Positions 25,331-39,910 of a DNA stretch of 64,000 nucleotides are shown here, piece after piece. Within the stretch, counting starts at the first letter, position 1. Each line of letters starts with the position of its first letter. Made by a program: the position numbers and the translations under genes. The DNA comes from Octopus vulgaris (lineage: Eukaryota). Where the stretch lies: the NCBI GenBank assembly GCA_951406725.2, contig OX597829.1, positions 21,142,001 to 21,206,000 of the forward strand. Reading direction: 5' to 3'. The notes beneath the pieces were generated by a model, which searched no databases, was not told the origin of the DNA, and worked only from the letters and a program-made list of their open reading frames with translations.

Positions 25331-25993
25331 CTTTTGTAGAGTGAAGCAAAGGAAAAATAAATATAAATATATTAGTTGAAAGCATAACTCTAGAAATAAG
25401 AAATTCTTGATATATAAAGTAAATAATGACTTTTAATACTGTTCTTAAAAGTAACAACATTTTCCAGTTTTTTTTTTTAAATATAAGAAAACTTAATGAT
25501 TAGCAATACATTAAAATATCTGATGGTTTAATTAATGTCCTAACTAAATTACTAAATTCTAAAACTAATCTTTCATGTAAGTAAGGATAATTAATTTTAA
25601 ACAAATGGCAGTATTATTAATTATTAACATCAATTAAATGCAGGCAATATTATAGGTTAAGAACTTGAAGTCCAAGATGGCTACTGTTGTTGGAAATATT
25701 TCCAACAACCCCATGTGATCTGCCTTGACTGATAACAGTCCAGTTTCCAGCAGCAATCTTGAACTTTCTACATTTCCCCATTTGGCCACCTGAGCCCAAA
25801 GAGCCTTTTGTGTATACTAACTGCAGTTATAATCATCTTCATACATACGTACATATGTATTTACTTGTTTCAGTCATTTGGCTGTGAAAAGTCCACAAAA
25901 ATTTAAGTTGCTTGGGGCTCAAATCAAACTGTTTTAAATAAAAGTATATGTAACTACTACTAGTGTTGTGTGCCTCTTTCTTGTGCCGACTCA

Positions 25994-26032
<39 letters not shown>

Positions 26033-27714
26033 GATGAGTATATAGGGATTGATTATACAGGTAGGTACCATAAGAGTTCTCAGGTACAGTCCAGGTTCCG
26101 GCTAACCACATCAAGTAGTAAGAAGCACCAAGAATTGCTTAGGGTGAGCAATCCCACTGTAATTCTTCTGATGGATAAATCCAGGTTCACTTTGCTGGAT
26201 TATGAATATTTTCAGGAAAATCCCAAATAATTACAAAGAATACAGAGACTGTTACATCTTCAAATTTTTCTTTCAACTTTAACAGTATAATTAACTGCTA
26301 AAATTAAAAGGAAAAATTTGAAGACATACCAGTCTTTGTATTGTTTTGGATTCACCCAAATATATATGTTTTTTATTTAGGCTGAATAAAAAATATAAGG
26401 CTTAGGGTTTCTTTTTTTAGTTCTGACAGTACTCCAGGAGCAGGAGACATGTTGTTTCTCAAGCAATGCACTATATTTCAAGCTGCTCTTGTCTACTCAG
26501 CTATAAAAAATATCAGCTAAGTTTTGGTGCAGCTTTCCCTTTCTCCAACATTCACACACTGGGTGTTCTGTTGGGTCAATAGTAAAAAAGGCTAAGAGGG
26601 TGTTATGTCTACTCATGACTACACAGGCTCCCAAAACAATCAGTGAAAGTATGGTGCATGCTACCAACCTGTGCATATTACATTATTTTTTTAATCTTCT
26701 TAGCTATTTCACTTCTCTTTCTGTCTATCCTTATCTTACAAATATTCTTAATTATTCTTGTAGTATATTTAATAATGCCATTGTTGATAAGATATTTCTC
26801 AAAATAGCATATTTAGAAAATGATCCTAAAATAACCTCAATGAACTCCTAACTATGACAACCTAATAAAAACTAGACAATTGATAATTTTCTAGAGATGA
26901 AAAAAATACTATTTATTCTTTGAAATGAAATTTTTACATTTGATTATTGCAGCGTAACACAGTATGATGTAAAATTTCATATCTCATTGAACATTACCAC
27001 AAAAACTAAGAATTTATAGTGATCTCATGCAGACAGCATTTTAGTTTCACTGTTGTTACATATGTTTGTTTAGCCAACCAGATATATTAGACAATTAGTC
27101 TGTGAGTTATTATTGATCATCCTCCTTCAATGCTAGCATGAGTTGTATGGTTTGACAGGCGCTAGCCAGGCAAGAGCCTGCATCATGCTTCTGCATCTGT
27201 TTTATCATGGTTTTTATGGCTGGATGCTCTTCCTAACACCAATCACTCAGTAGAGTGGGCTGAGTCCTTTTTACAGGGCACTCGCACAGGCGATGTCAGT
27301 TTTGGCGTGGTTTTTACAGTTGGATGTCCTTCCAAATGTCAACCACTTTACAGTGTGGACTGGGTACTTTTTAAGTTATAAAAACTAAACTGCTTAATTC
27401 TTTCTCTACTAACTCGATATTAGACCTGGTCTAGCCTTGAAAGAATAATCATGACTAGTTTGAATACACATATTTATATCAGAATTCTTTTTACTCAAGG
27501 TCATGTATTTGCTTGCATACATCTAGAATTACAACAAATTACTCCAATTACTCCACTGACACATAAACATCAATAAAATAACTTATGCCTGTCTTTTTCT
27601 TTTTTTTTTTTTTTGCATTCATTTAAACGAATTACAGTGTATATACAAAACCAATTTAAACTGTAGGTGTGATAGAATATAGATTATTTTTGTAAAAATA
27701 TTTAATTAACATAC

Positions 27715-27766
27715 TTCCTATATTTCTTAATAGTTCAATTCGTGCTTCAGCCTTCATCTTTGCTGT
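27715..27766 (-). CDS. FCHSD2: FCHSD2-like exon (TAKMKAEARIELLRNIG)
   Basis: ttacag acceptor, A|gtatgt donor; 52 nt, phase 0 to 1; resembles IIKLKAEARLDLLKQIG. Confidence 0.93.
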
Positions 27767-29752
27767 CTGTAACAAATTTGAACACAGAAAAGTCATTAGA
27801 AAGGTTGAAATTTGATGAAATTCTTATACGTAATAACTAGTCACATCATTGAGGTGCCACTCAACCGGCTGAAAGGTTAAAGGTCCATATTATATCACTA
27901 CAACTGCATTATGTAACTAGCAATGCTGCTGAAACTTTAAAACTTTAGTTTATAACTGTTTAACTGGGGTGAAGTGGTAGCACTAATATTAACAAGTGTT
28001 CTGTTGGCTTGTAAAGCTGAAACTGAAACTATCTCAGAGAAAGCACTAGAAAACAACTTCTTTGAATTACTATCAAAAGACAGAATCTATAACTGTGTCC
28101 CAACAGCCTATAGAGCTAAGAGTAATAGTTGTATGGTTACAACCACAGTTTATTTATTTTCACAATTTTATCATAGTGAAAGCACACAGCTTACTGGTTA
28201 GGGTATTCGGTTCATGATTGTGAGTTCAATCCTCGGCAGCACGTTGCGTCCTTGGACAAGACACTTTATTTCATGTTGCACCTGTCCACCCAGATGGCAA
28301 AAAATGAATTGTACTTGTATTTCAAAAGGGCCAGCCTTGACACACTCTGTATCATGCTGAATCTCTCTGGGAACTATATTAAGGGCACGCATGTCTGTGG
28401 AGTGCTCAGCCACTTGCACATTAATTTTCTGAGCAGGCTGTTCCATAGATCAGATCAACTGGAACCCTTGTCATCGTAACTGACAAAGTGCCAGTTATCT
28501 TTGTTTTAGCTTCTTTTTGTCTAGCATCAGGTCAACCCTAATCTAGCAGACTAATTATGAAAGATGTTTCAGCCATGATCTTATAGAAATACATCATTGA
28601 TTGTGCCCTTCTTTTTTTCAAGATGGCAGAGTGTGGTTTGAGAGAGATTTGATTGCTAATGAAAGGTTCTGAGACCCCCTTCGGTCACAACACAGACTAT
28701 GGGATTGCACCTAGAAAGTTCTCCTCCGAGGCACAAGTCTGGGCAAGGTTGTTTATGGAAGACCAACAGTCGCCCATGTTTATGGAAGACCTCCCCTCTC
28801 CATGCCACCAGTGTTATCCAAGGGAAAGGCAACAGCAGATACAGCTGTGACGTCGCAACTCATTTCTACAGCTGAGTGAACTGGAGCAACATGAAATAAA
28901 GTGTCTTGCTCAAGAACACAACATGCAGCCTGGTCCGGGATTCGATCTCACAACCTCATGATTGTAAGCTCAATGCTCTAACCACTGAGCCATGTGCCTT
29001 CACTTAATGAAAGATTACATGGAGTTTAATTCATCGGTTTATCATCTTAATTTTTAAACAAGTGGATGATAGAATTTAACATTTATAATTTCCTACTTTA
29101 TGCTATTTCCTTACTCACTTAGAGGGCTTTATTAAATCATTATTAATAACTGGTGAAGTATAATTTGAAAAGTATAGACTAGTTACGGTATTTCGGAAAG
29201 AGTTCCTCAGTGCTCTGAAAATGTGGTCCTTTTTAGAATTTCTTGATGACAGTGTTATATCATAACTAAGAGTTCTCTCCATTTCTAAAATTCAAAACCA
29301 TTTCCAGATATATTTTCTGAATGCTTTACTGACATAACACAGGTAACTTCCCAGTTTATTTTCAATCACTTTATATCTTTGTTCTGTGATAACAAGGAAA
29401 TATTTCTGAAGTAAAACTTCACAACATGGTTGATGTTAAATAAATTAAACTAAAACATAAATTGCATTGTTATTCCTAATTTTTGCAAAGAGATTAGTTA
29501 AAAATGATAAACCATATTTTCTTCGGTAAAATGAGATGTCTAATATAATAAAACTACTACTTTTTATACCTAAAAGTCAGATATATATTTCATCTATTTT
29601 TTCATCTTCTATATTCAAGTATAATGCTACAACACAATATGGACCCAGATATCTTGTATTGAATTTCTTGCATTATACACAATATATTTAAAGAACTTAA
29701 CAGTTACAGTAAGTATGTAACTTTGCTCTACAATAAATGTTTAAATACTTAC

Positions 29753-29845
29753 TTCAGCTCTTCTCATATTCTGTTTCAGTTCTTCTAGTTGGGACTCAGT
29801 GTCTTGACCAGCACTGTCACTTTTTTCTGTACCAGCCCCTCCACT
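29753..29845 (-). CDS. FCHSD2: FCHSD2-like exon, coiled coil (SGGAGTEKSDSAGQDTESQLEELKQNMRRAE)
   Basis: caacag acceptor, GAA|gtaagt donor; 93 nt, phase 0 to 0; resembles LEQKIDEARENIRKAE. Confidence 0.88.
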
Positions 29846-29948
29846 CTGTTGAAACAAAATGCAAAAAATGATTGCATCAGCATGGATATAGACATGATTT
29901 TCATTGAGAAGAAGTGTGCATTGGGGAGAGAGTCTTAATCATTAAAAT

Positions 29949-30066
29949 CAGTGGTTCCCAACCTGTAGTCTGTGGACCACCAGGGGTCCACAAAGGTTGT
30001 ACTGGGGGATCCGTGAACTAAATTCAAAATTTCATACATACATACATATATTATTATTATTATTAT

Positions 30067-30127
<61 letters not shown>

Positions 30128-30429
30128 GGGAATATGATTCCAAACTTACAGGGAAAAATTCAATTTAGTAATACTAAATCAAATTTCATAATATATATGT
30201 ATATACATTAGAGAAGAACCACCATGTAGTAATTCAACAATGATATACTTAAATCATACCATATAGAAAAAAATTAAAGATACGATAAAACATATATCTA
30301 GAACTAAATAAAGTACGAAAAAATAAAAAATAAATAGTATATAATTAGTAAATAGACTACACGTGTTTCATGGCTATATTTTCAAATTGATAACAATAAT
30401 ATCAATTCAAATTAAATATAGTCACTCAT

Positions 30430-30466
<37 letters not shown>

Positions 30467-30532
30467 GGAGTCTGTGGGAAAACTCATATAAATAAAAGGG
30501 GTCCTTGATAGTGAAAAGGTTGGGAACCACTG
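29949..30532. mobile_element. hAT-type MITE with a nested insertion
   Basis: TIRs cagtggttcccaacct / aggttgggaaccactg; perfect 8-bp TSD attaaaat (29941-29948, 30533-30540). Confidence 0.9.
30354..30431 (-). ncRNA. 5'-truncated hammerhead motif with a long stem II
   Basis: Minus strand (t)tgatga g tgactatat...atatagcca t gaaac acgt gta gtct; the 5' strand of stem I is replaced by (TA)n. Confidence 0.45.
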
Positions 30533-30899
30533 ATTAAAATGAATCCAACATTTTAATGACTACCAGACAATTATTGTTTGCATGGAGCTGAGTGTGAGAA
30601 GAAGGTATTGAAACTAGATACTCCACTCATGACCTGCTGGCTTAGTATGTAAATCAATCACTAATCAAATATTCAGTGATCAAATAAGTTATTGGTATAC
30701 AATGAAAAATCTCTGACACAACACTCCCTAAAACTAAATCCGCTAGGAGAACACCCCTCCCCTTGTATTATTTGATACACACACTATATTGTAGACTCGT
30801 TGCCCTGTTAGTGTTGTTTGGACTAAATATGCAGTTGTTTAGTTTTGCATTTTCTTTTACACTGATTTTTATTTTCCTCAAATGAACTACCGATGCAAA

Positions 30900-33517
30900 A
30901 GTAATTAATGATTGTATTATAAAGAATACAACTTTTTAATGAGAATCATGTGTCTGGTGCGATGCAGCTAGTGCAGATACATTTGATTTCAAACTTGTCA
31001 ACTTTAGCCACAAGTTTCCTCATTCTATTACCTCCAGTCCAATTCTTTTATGGAAAAGTAAAGTTCCAACATGGCTAAAACCAGATTCAACCAGGTACGA
31101 GGTAGGGAAGGTAAGCAAAAGTAATTTCAGACGTCGCCACAGATTGGGGTAGGAATTCAATATACTTTGATGGTACCACAAACCTTCTTTGCCATTACGG
31201 TGATATCACATTTGTGATCATTGTCACTTTGTAATTCTATCAATTCCTCCAAAACATTGTCCTTGCAATCAACTGCATCTACTTCAAAGGGATTGCTCTA
31301 CCAATTTGGAATACTCAGTGCAATAACATCTTGAAATCACTCCGCCATGCCATCGTACAATGATTGTAAATATTTGTGATATGTAGTTAAATCCTCATCA
31401 ACCAATTCATCTTTCAAAGAATCAAGTTGTGGAAATTGAGGGAATTGACGTTTTGAAAAGATAGTCTTAAACAACACCAATTGTGATAAATGATTTACAA
31501 TCAATGAGAATTTTTCTGTTTCCTTGCAATAACTTATTCAAATCATTTAGTTTTGTGACTGTATTGCACCTTGCAACCATCATAGAAGTGGATATTGGAG
31601 TATCTTCAAAGAAAGATATGATTATATAAAACAGTTTCCTTTTGACAGCCACTGCACTTTGGTATGGTATAAGAGTTTAGTATGGTCCTCATCATTTCTC
31701 AGAGTTGACGGAAAATTCAACCAGACAAGAGACTGGATTTCAATTTGTTCACAGTCTTGATAACTAACTGTAGCGTATCATTCAACCTACCGTTATTATT
31801 TTTTGCCACTAAATGCTGCCAGTGTGCCAAGCAATGAACAATTAGTATCTGGTGGGAAATTTCATGCTTTAGGAGAGATGAAAATCCTCTTTATCTTCCT
31901 ATCATCGAAGGGGCTCCATCAGACGCACAGGCAAGAATATTACTGAGTGGGATATTATGTTCAAAACGGAAAGACTTGAGAGTGTGAAAAATAGTTGCAC
32001 CTCTTGAATCAAGTGGCAATTTTTCTGTGAACAGTATTTCCCCACAAGGTTGAAAGTAATCGCTGAAATACCGAACATATACCATCCTCAAACATTGATT
32101 GTCCACCAAACATTGACTCAGTCACTTGTATAGAAAATTCAGAACGCTGGAGAATATTAATGAGCTGATGTTTGACATCGTTGGCCATTTTATCAATGCA
32201 TCAAGAAATTGTGTTATTACTAAGCAGGATCTTCTTCATAGTGTTATCAGGTTTTTCATGCATAACAGTTGACAAAACCTCTTCAACAACCAGGTGAGAC
32301 TTCCCAGACTTAGCAACAAGCAATGCAATGTTGTGTGATGCAATCAACCTGTCATTCTCTTGTTTACTTATTTTCTGGAGTAGCATGTTGAATGTTTGCG
32401 TTTGCTTTTTGAAAGAGGAGCTCAGTTGCAAGAAGTATGATAATGGCTTGTTCTTCTTGTCAGAATGCTTTGCACCAAAGTGATACTTCAGGTATGAGGG
32501 TTTCATTGCTTCGTTGGTCAATGTGTAATGGCAAAGAAGGCACATTGGTAACTGACAGTTCTGAGGAGGGAGAATAAATCCAAATGATAAATAATCACAA
32601 CTGTATTGTTGACAGATTTTCTTGACTGGAGGCAATAGTAAAGGGAAAATGTGAAAACGAATTTCTATGGACGGCATCAGAAAGGCAGTATGGTATTCCT
32701 AAAGAGAAGAAATCAAGAGAGCAGAGTCAGACGACACGTCTTTACTGGAGCAAATACGGATCTAGTTCGTTTTGCTGCCAGCATTTCAAAAATTAAAGTT
32801 TATCAAAAAGTTATTAATTTGGCACATTAATATACCTTTCCAAGCTAAATTGCTGGAGTTATTCAACTTTTTCTAGAAAAATGTTTTTAAAAAGTTATAG
32901 AGGTTAATATAATCATTTGAGCATTTTCATCCAGTGAAGAAACATGATTTCAAAGCTGTCATTTTGTGCGTGACTGCACATTTTGTCAACATCCTGAAAA
33001 TAGCACTTGTGTTTTGATATGAAACCACAGAATTACACATGATATATAACCCCTCATAACTTTTTTTTTATTTTTTGGAGTTTTCAGAAAATTTTTTCAA
33101 ATTTGTATTCTACACGTGGGACTTCATAAGATTATGCAAAAATAAAGAGAAACTGTGGTAGGGCATGATTTAAGACCAAGGCCTACTTCACTGCTACTTT
33201 TAGCATATGATGACAACAATCTCAATGACTGTGCAACAAAAATATTCGATTGATAAACAAGTCTGCTTTTTTTAATACAAACGGACATCTCATGCCAGTA
33301 GTCAAATCGATAAAAGTGCATCCTTATTCTAGGCATGCTTAGATATAGGTAAATGCAAACTTGATTTCTAAGAATTCTTTGTCACCCACAAAATGTTCAG
33401 ATCACCCACAAAAATCTCAAATCGTCCACCATTTTCTAGAAATATGCCCAATCGCCCACCTGTAAATTGAAATTGCCCACTGGTAGGTGATATTGCCCAT
33501 TTAAGGAAGCTATGCAC
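30900..33517 (-). mobile_element. Decayed hAT (Buster/Charlie, SCAND3/ZBED-like) transposon; left end approximate
   Basis: ORFs 32201..32677 (QYSCDYLSFGF..PMCLLC...LTNEAMKPSYLKYH) and 31891..32109 (ACASDGAPSMIGR); frameshifted remnants continue to about 30900; subterminal repeats at 33380-33517. Confidence 0.85.
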
Positions 33518-35504
33518 TACTGGCTTTCCTAGATTTTATGTCTTTATTGATTTTTTTTCATAGTTATAGTTTTAAGTGATTCATTGTTTGATGTCATCAG
33601 TAAAGTATTGATAATACATATTTGTATATAATATATGGGTCATTGATGTATTCTAGTAAAAAAGATGTGGACACTCCACGAACTTAGCTCTATGACAACC
33701 CATAAACTATTGGATTCTCTGTTGAGTCAATGAGAAAAAGCGAGAGGGAGAACAGCATGAAAACTTGTACATTCATATGTATTTCTCTGTATGTATGTGT
33801 GAGCATGTATGTACGTATGTGCACAAATGTCGATATTCCATGGTTTTATATCTTAGTGAAACAGTGGTATGAAGACCATTCAAAAAGAGACAGTTTGAAA
33901 ATAAAATGATAGATGAAATTTAAACCATGAGTTAATGGTACCATACTGACCAACCAAGAATTAATATTACTATACTGACTTATGAGAACTGTATAGTATT
34001 AAATGCATATTAACTAGAACTGAAGAGCTCTGAAAATGTTTCCAGTGATCTTAGTTGGATTAGGTACTGTTTAGTGGACCTTTTGGAAGCCAAACTTTAT
34101 GGAACACAAGCAGTTGAACCTTTCAGCAAAGTCAAGAAAATGCTAGTGCTTTATACCGTCAAGGACTATTTTAATGTTATAGTTATATATAAAAGATTTA
34201 TTGGTTTTGGTTCTGAAGTGTAACCATGATGGGGCATTGCCATCAATGATTTGAGTCAGTTTCTTTGATCATAGTTTGAAACTTATTTTATTAATTTCTA
34301 TTTATAGAATGGTTGAGTTCACCCATGTTTTGGACTACAACTCTTTGAGAATATAAAATACCACAGGCATGGCTGTATGGGTAAGACGCTTGCTTCTCAA
34401 CCATGTGGTCTTGGATTCAGTCCCACTGTGCGACACCTTCAGCATGTGCCTTGTACCACAGCCTTGGGATGACAAAAGCCTTGAGTGGATTTGATAGATA
34501 GAAACTGAAAGAAGCTTGTCATACACACATGCACAAGACATCATGAAGAATGGAGAATTATACTTGACAATTGTATTGGTTTGATTATGTCCCCCTGTAA
34601 CTTAGTGGTTCAGCAAAAGATACAGACAGAACAAGTACCAGACTTAAAAATTAAAGTACTAAGATTAATTTGTTTAACTAAAACCCTTGAAGGTGGTATA
34701 GCCACAGTTCAATGACTGAAATAATTTAAAGACATTCACATAAATTTACACTTGTACACATAGGTGTAGGAGTGGCTTACCAACCACATAGTTCCAGGTT
34801 CAGTCCTATTGCATGGCACCTTGAGCAAGTGCCTTCTACTATAGCCTCGGGCCGACCAAAGCCTTGTGAGTGGATTTGGTAGATCGCTTGACAACCGATG
34901 CTGGTGTGTTACGTCCCCATAACTTAGTGGTTCGGCAAAAGAGACCAATAGAATAAGTACTAGGCTTATAAAGAATAAGTCCTGGGGTCGATTTGCTTGA
35001 CTAAAGGCGGTGCTCCAGCATGGTCACAGTCAAATGACTGAAACAAGTAAAAGAGTATGACACTGAATGGCAGCCTTCTCTACAAGTTTCGGTTTATTCA
35101 ATCTAATTTCCAAGATAATAGTGAACCTGAGACTAAGATACCTCCCCAAAGTGCTGCGTGCCAGTGTTGTGTTCTTGATCACACAACCTTGCCAATGGTC
35201 AAGTATTGACTTACAGTCATTACATGCTAGCAAGGAACAGATGGACAGATCTGAAGCTGCCTTGGAGTAGAGAGTGTACATGTCATTGAAGAGGTTGTGA
35301 ATGGTGATGAAAGGACTTTGACAAACACAACTGATTGATTGATTAACTAAATAAATAATCAGTTGATTAGTTAAGTTAAATAGCCAATAAATTGATGAAT
35401 AATAACAAAGGAGTTAAACTGAACCAGTGTCTGCTCATCATTGCTGTAATGACCCTTCTGAGACACAGCAAAATTTTTAATTCTGGGATTACTTTAGATC
35501 ATAT

Positions 35505-35720
35505 CAGGACAATTACCCCTCATAGAACAATTCCACCCCCCACCCCTGCCGCCAATAACAACTACCCCCATCGGATAATTACTCCGCTTGGTTAATTATC
35601 CCATCTCCAATATATCAAGGAGTTTTAAATCATCATCTGTTGTTCTCAGGGGTAATTGTCCTTGGGGAGGGTTACTGTCCATATGGCGGCAGGGTGTGGG
35701 GTGTGTGCAAATGTCTTAGA
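35505..35720. repeat. Degenerate MITE-like element with ggacaattacccc subterminal repeats
   Basis: ggacaattacccc on the left, ggggtaattgtcc on the right. Confidence 0.5.
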
Positions 35721-36792
35721 CTCCTTTAGATATTTCATAACAAATACATCTGCTTAAAGGGAAATGAAATGAAATTTACAAGAATAAATATATGTGAGGG
35801 TTATGAATAAAATATTCAGTTGAAATGACTGCATTTGACTGATTTTTTTTTTACTGAATGATATAAAATCATCACAACTGTACAAATACAAAGTTAAAAT
35901 GTTTATTAGAATGAAAGTAGAAATTCAGTACCTGATAATTTCTTATTTTCTATCTTTTACTTGTTTTGGTCATTTGACTGTGGCCATACTGAGGCACTGA
36001 CTTGAAGGGTTTTAGTCAAACAAATTGTCCCTAGTACTAATATTTTTTAAGTATGGTACATATTTTTTTAGTCTCTTTTGCTGAGAAGCTTAGTTACCAA
36101 AATGTGAACAAACCAATACCGGTTGTTAAGCAGTGGAAAGTGGGTGTGACAAATGCACACAGATACACACACATGCACACATGTGATGGCCTTCCACAGT
36201 TTTCATCCATCAAATTCACTCACAAAGCATTGGTCAGCTTGGGGTCATAACATAAGACACTTGTTCAAGATGATGCACAGTGGGACTGAACCAGAATCCA
36301 TCTGGTTGCTAACTGAACTATTATATTTAATGTTTTACACAGTTTTTTTTTTGTCTAAATCCTGACTGATGCTTTGTGAGTAGAGTTGATAAATAGAAAT
36401 TGTATGAAAGTCCAGTGCATGTGTGTGTGTGTGTGTGTGTGTGTATTGATATTTCATAGATTCACTTCTCACCATCTGAGTGAAATAGTGACATGAAGTT
36501 TACATTCTTTATTGACATTATGACTGGTTGCTTTGAGCCTTTGACAAACTGGTGGAATAAAAAAACAAAAACAAAACAAAGATTGGTGGCAGGAAGGGCA
36601 TCTAGCTGTAAAATACTATCTCAAATATGACCCAACCCATGTGAGTGAGCAGAAATGGATGTTAAGTAAATGAAGGAATTCTACATGTGTATTGTCTTCC
36701 TCTTAATGGCTATTATTTGGTAGATACACAATAGCACTATATATAAAATTAAATAAATGACAAAGGAATGGGTGTTATGCAATCAATATTAT

Positions 36793-37025
36793 TAGGTGGC
36801 GAGCTGGCAGAAACGTTAGCGCGCCGGGCAAAATGCTTAGCGGTATTACGTCTGTCGTTACGTTCTGAGTTCAAATTCCGCCGAGGTCAACTTTGCCTTT
36901 CATCCTTTCAGGGTCGATAAATAAAGTACCAGTTTTGCACTGGGGTCGATGTAATCGACTTAATCCCTTTGTCTGTCCTTGTTTGTCCCCTCTATGTTTA
37001 GCCCCTTGTGGGCAATAAAGAAATA
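36793..37025 (+). mobile_element. SINE with a Meta-like central domain
   Basis: ctttgcctttcatcctttcagggtcgataaataaagtaccag; TSD aatattattag; older copies at about 14258-14470, 14490-14690, 23107-23310, 47888-48100 and 50915-51125. Confidence 0.8.
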
Positions 37026-37983
37026 AATATTATTAGCTTAATCCATATGGTACCATATTTTTGTTGAAATACATTGCCAGTTTTTCAATTAATTTTGAAA
37101 ATGATAAAGAGTCTAATAAATAACTTTTACCATTATTAAGTTGATGTCTGGAACAAATTTAGCATGTAATTTTGAGAGAAGGTTTTTCATTTAGTTCACT
37201 TTAAAACAGGAGGTTTCTATCCTAGAACCATGGGTGGTCTCAGATGGATTGCTCTCAAAATGGCTAAAGCTGTTCCTGCTATGAGATGTTTTCTGTAAGT
37301 TAATGAAATTAATTATATAATTCTTCTTCCATCGTCATTTACTTAATTTCATATATATATATATATAGGCATGTCTGCATCCCAACTACATGGTTCTGGG
37401 TTCAGTCCCACTGCATGGCACCTTGGGCAAGTGTCTTCTACTATAGCCTCAGGTCAACGAAAAACCTTGTGAGTGGATTTGGTAGACTGAAACTGAAAGA
37501 GTCCAAATACTAGAAAATATATAGCTGGTTGGCGTTAGGAAGGGCATCCAGCTGTAGAAACTCTGCCAGATCAGATTGGAGTCTGGTGCAGCCATCTGGT
37601 TCGCCAGACCTCAGTCGAATCATCTAACCCATGCTAGCATGGAAAGCGGACGTTAAACAATGATGATGATGATGATGATGAGGGATGTTATATTGGTCTG
37701 TTGAATGATTTTCTTAACCCGTATGCTTGTGGACGGTTGATTTCTGTAGTTATTATCATTGTTATTTTCTCAGCAGTTCAAATAAGAGTTTTGACTGTTA
37801 TTTCCAGCAGGTAGATATACTCAGTATGTCCTTTGATTTACATAAATTTTAATCTATCAGCTATTTAATATGCTTTTTGGGCCTGCAATTGCCTTTATTA
37901 TTAATTCTGTTATTATCAATTAATTATTTTATCCTAGATAATAATGGTATCTTAGCAAATATTTTCTGCTGAATTATGTATTG

Positions 37984-38048
<65 letters not shown>

Positions 38049-38509
38049 CATACATATATATATATATAATTGTACATTTTTATGTGTTTCTTTGTGTCTG
38101 TGTTTGCCCCCACATCATCCCTTGACAACCAGTGTTGGTATGTTTACATCCCTGTAACTTAGCAGTTCAGCAAAAGAGACTGATGAAATAAGTACTAGGC
38201 TTTAAAAAAATCCTGGGGTTGATTTGTTTGTCCAAAACCCTTCAAGACAGTGCTCCAGCATGGCCACAGTCAAATGACTGAAAGAAGTAAAATAATAAAA
38301 TAAAAGAATATATATGTATAAATCTATGTATGAAAATTGCATGCATGTGTGTGTGTATGTTTGTATGATTGCATGCATACACTTGTGGGGGGGGGGGACT
38401 TAGAACCCTTAGAAACTAGGAGTAGTTTGTGTTGGCAAAAATTATTTTTATTAGTAAAGAGCAAAGCTAATAGAAATAATATCTTAATAAATATGTAACA
38501 ACAGTTTAC

Positions 38510-38659
38510 CACATCAGATTTTAGTTGATTCTGTAAGGCTTTCATTGTTTTAATATGCTCCCGAATAGCTTTTGTTTCCTTTGATATCTTTGTGGCCCAC
38601 TTTCTTGCCTCTTTCTCCAGTTGATGGCTAGCTCCATATTCCTGAGAAAGTTTAATTAC
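38510..38659 (-). CDS. FCHSD2: FCHSD2-like exon (VIKLSQEYGASHQLEKEARKWATKISKETKAIREHIKTMKALQNQLKSDV)
   Basis: ttgcag acceptor, GTG|gtaaac donor; 150 nt; conserved L.KEARKWAT motif. Confidence 0.92.
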
Positions 38660-38853
38660 CTGCAAAAGTAATTGGATTGAACACCTGTATAAATATATAT
38701 TCATAAACATTAAGCATGCTTTTTCTTTTTAAAGCAACATTTACAAAAATCATTCAAGAATATCTTTGCTCTATTCTTAGTAATTATACCCATCGCCAAA
38801 CGATGTTCTTCCTGTTCATTTAAATAAATTGTTTACATTAGATTTTAACTTAC

Positions 38854-38949
38854 TTGATCATTACAGCAGGGTTCAAATTGATATTGCAAAAGGTCGGTGA
38901 AAACATTGCTTTCATGTAAGAAACACTGTAAATTATAGTTTCGACTGAT
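38854..38949 (-). CDS. FCHSD2: FCHSD2-like exon (ISRNYNLQCFLHESNVFTDLLQYQFEPCCNDQ)
   Basis: ttgcag acceptor, CAA|gtaagt donor; 96 nt; resembles VVRDYNLQLFLQEN...FQFQPCDSD. Confidence 0.93.
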
Positions 38950-39910
38950 CTGCAAACAAAAAAGTGAAAAAAATTGTTTGTTCCAGGAAAGATATTTTTC
39001 AATAGAAATAGAAACAAAACATTGTTATACATATTCTGTTGTGTCTGGGGAGAGCCATTTCAATCTTGCAAACCAAATCCCAAAACAAAATTGTTATACA
39101 TAGTTGTTCTGAAATCCTTGACTATTTTTGATGCCAACCCACCTGAGATTGTTTCTCATTCTATGATGTAAACTTTCTGTTTCAAAGTGATGCATCAAAA
39201 TTTCTTGTTAGTTTATGTTCAAAACACCAGCTTAATAATGACAAAGGTAGTTTACTAAATTCTTCATTATTTTCAGAATTAATTGAAAAAAGGTAGTATA
39301 TTTCAACAGAAGTATCCTAGTCATATGATCAAGCTTCCAGATCTTGCCATCATGTTTGTCTAAACCAATCTCATAATAACACACCTAAAACTTCCTCTCG
39401 ATCTATGATACAAACCTTGTTTAAAATAATCTAAATAAAACCTTCCATCGAAATTTTATGTTAATTTGTTTGTCAGAGCTCATAATTTGTTACTTTTTGA
39501 AGTTGTTTTGGCAAACTTGTCTAATTCTACACTCATCCTTGTCTTTAGTGAAACTATGGACAATTTTTTGAGGTTTTCTAAAAATCTCTCCTAAATTTAG
39601 GAGTGTTATTCTTTGTAAAGATTTCTGAGTCATCAATATACATGAAATGATTTATACTTTGCTCACAACATCTCTATACCATGGTGATATAATTGAACAA
39701 GTTTGTTATTGGGGTCAAAGCATGGCAGAAAATTAGGGGTGGGAACAGTAAATTTCCCTGTAAATTTCTTCTTTTATGAGAATAGGGCTGGTTTTAATGG
39801 TCTTTATCTCATTTTTCAATATAAAGTTAGTTTTTCACTTTGTTATTGCATGACTAATATATTTCCTTTATCAACAAAGTCAAACACACATACACAAGGT
39901 ATGTGTATTC

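Noticed and set aside
32201-32677. Domesticated ZBED/SCAND3-like host gene
   Set aside because: The downstream transposase has multiple stops and frameshifts, consistent with a dead transposon
35030-35330. Overlapping ORFs 35030..35281(-) and 35067..35270(+)
   Set aside because: No splice-compatible role in the gene; possibly a LINE relic, but too degenerate to assign
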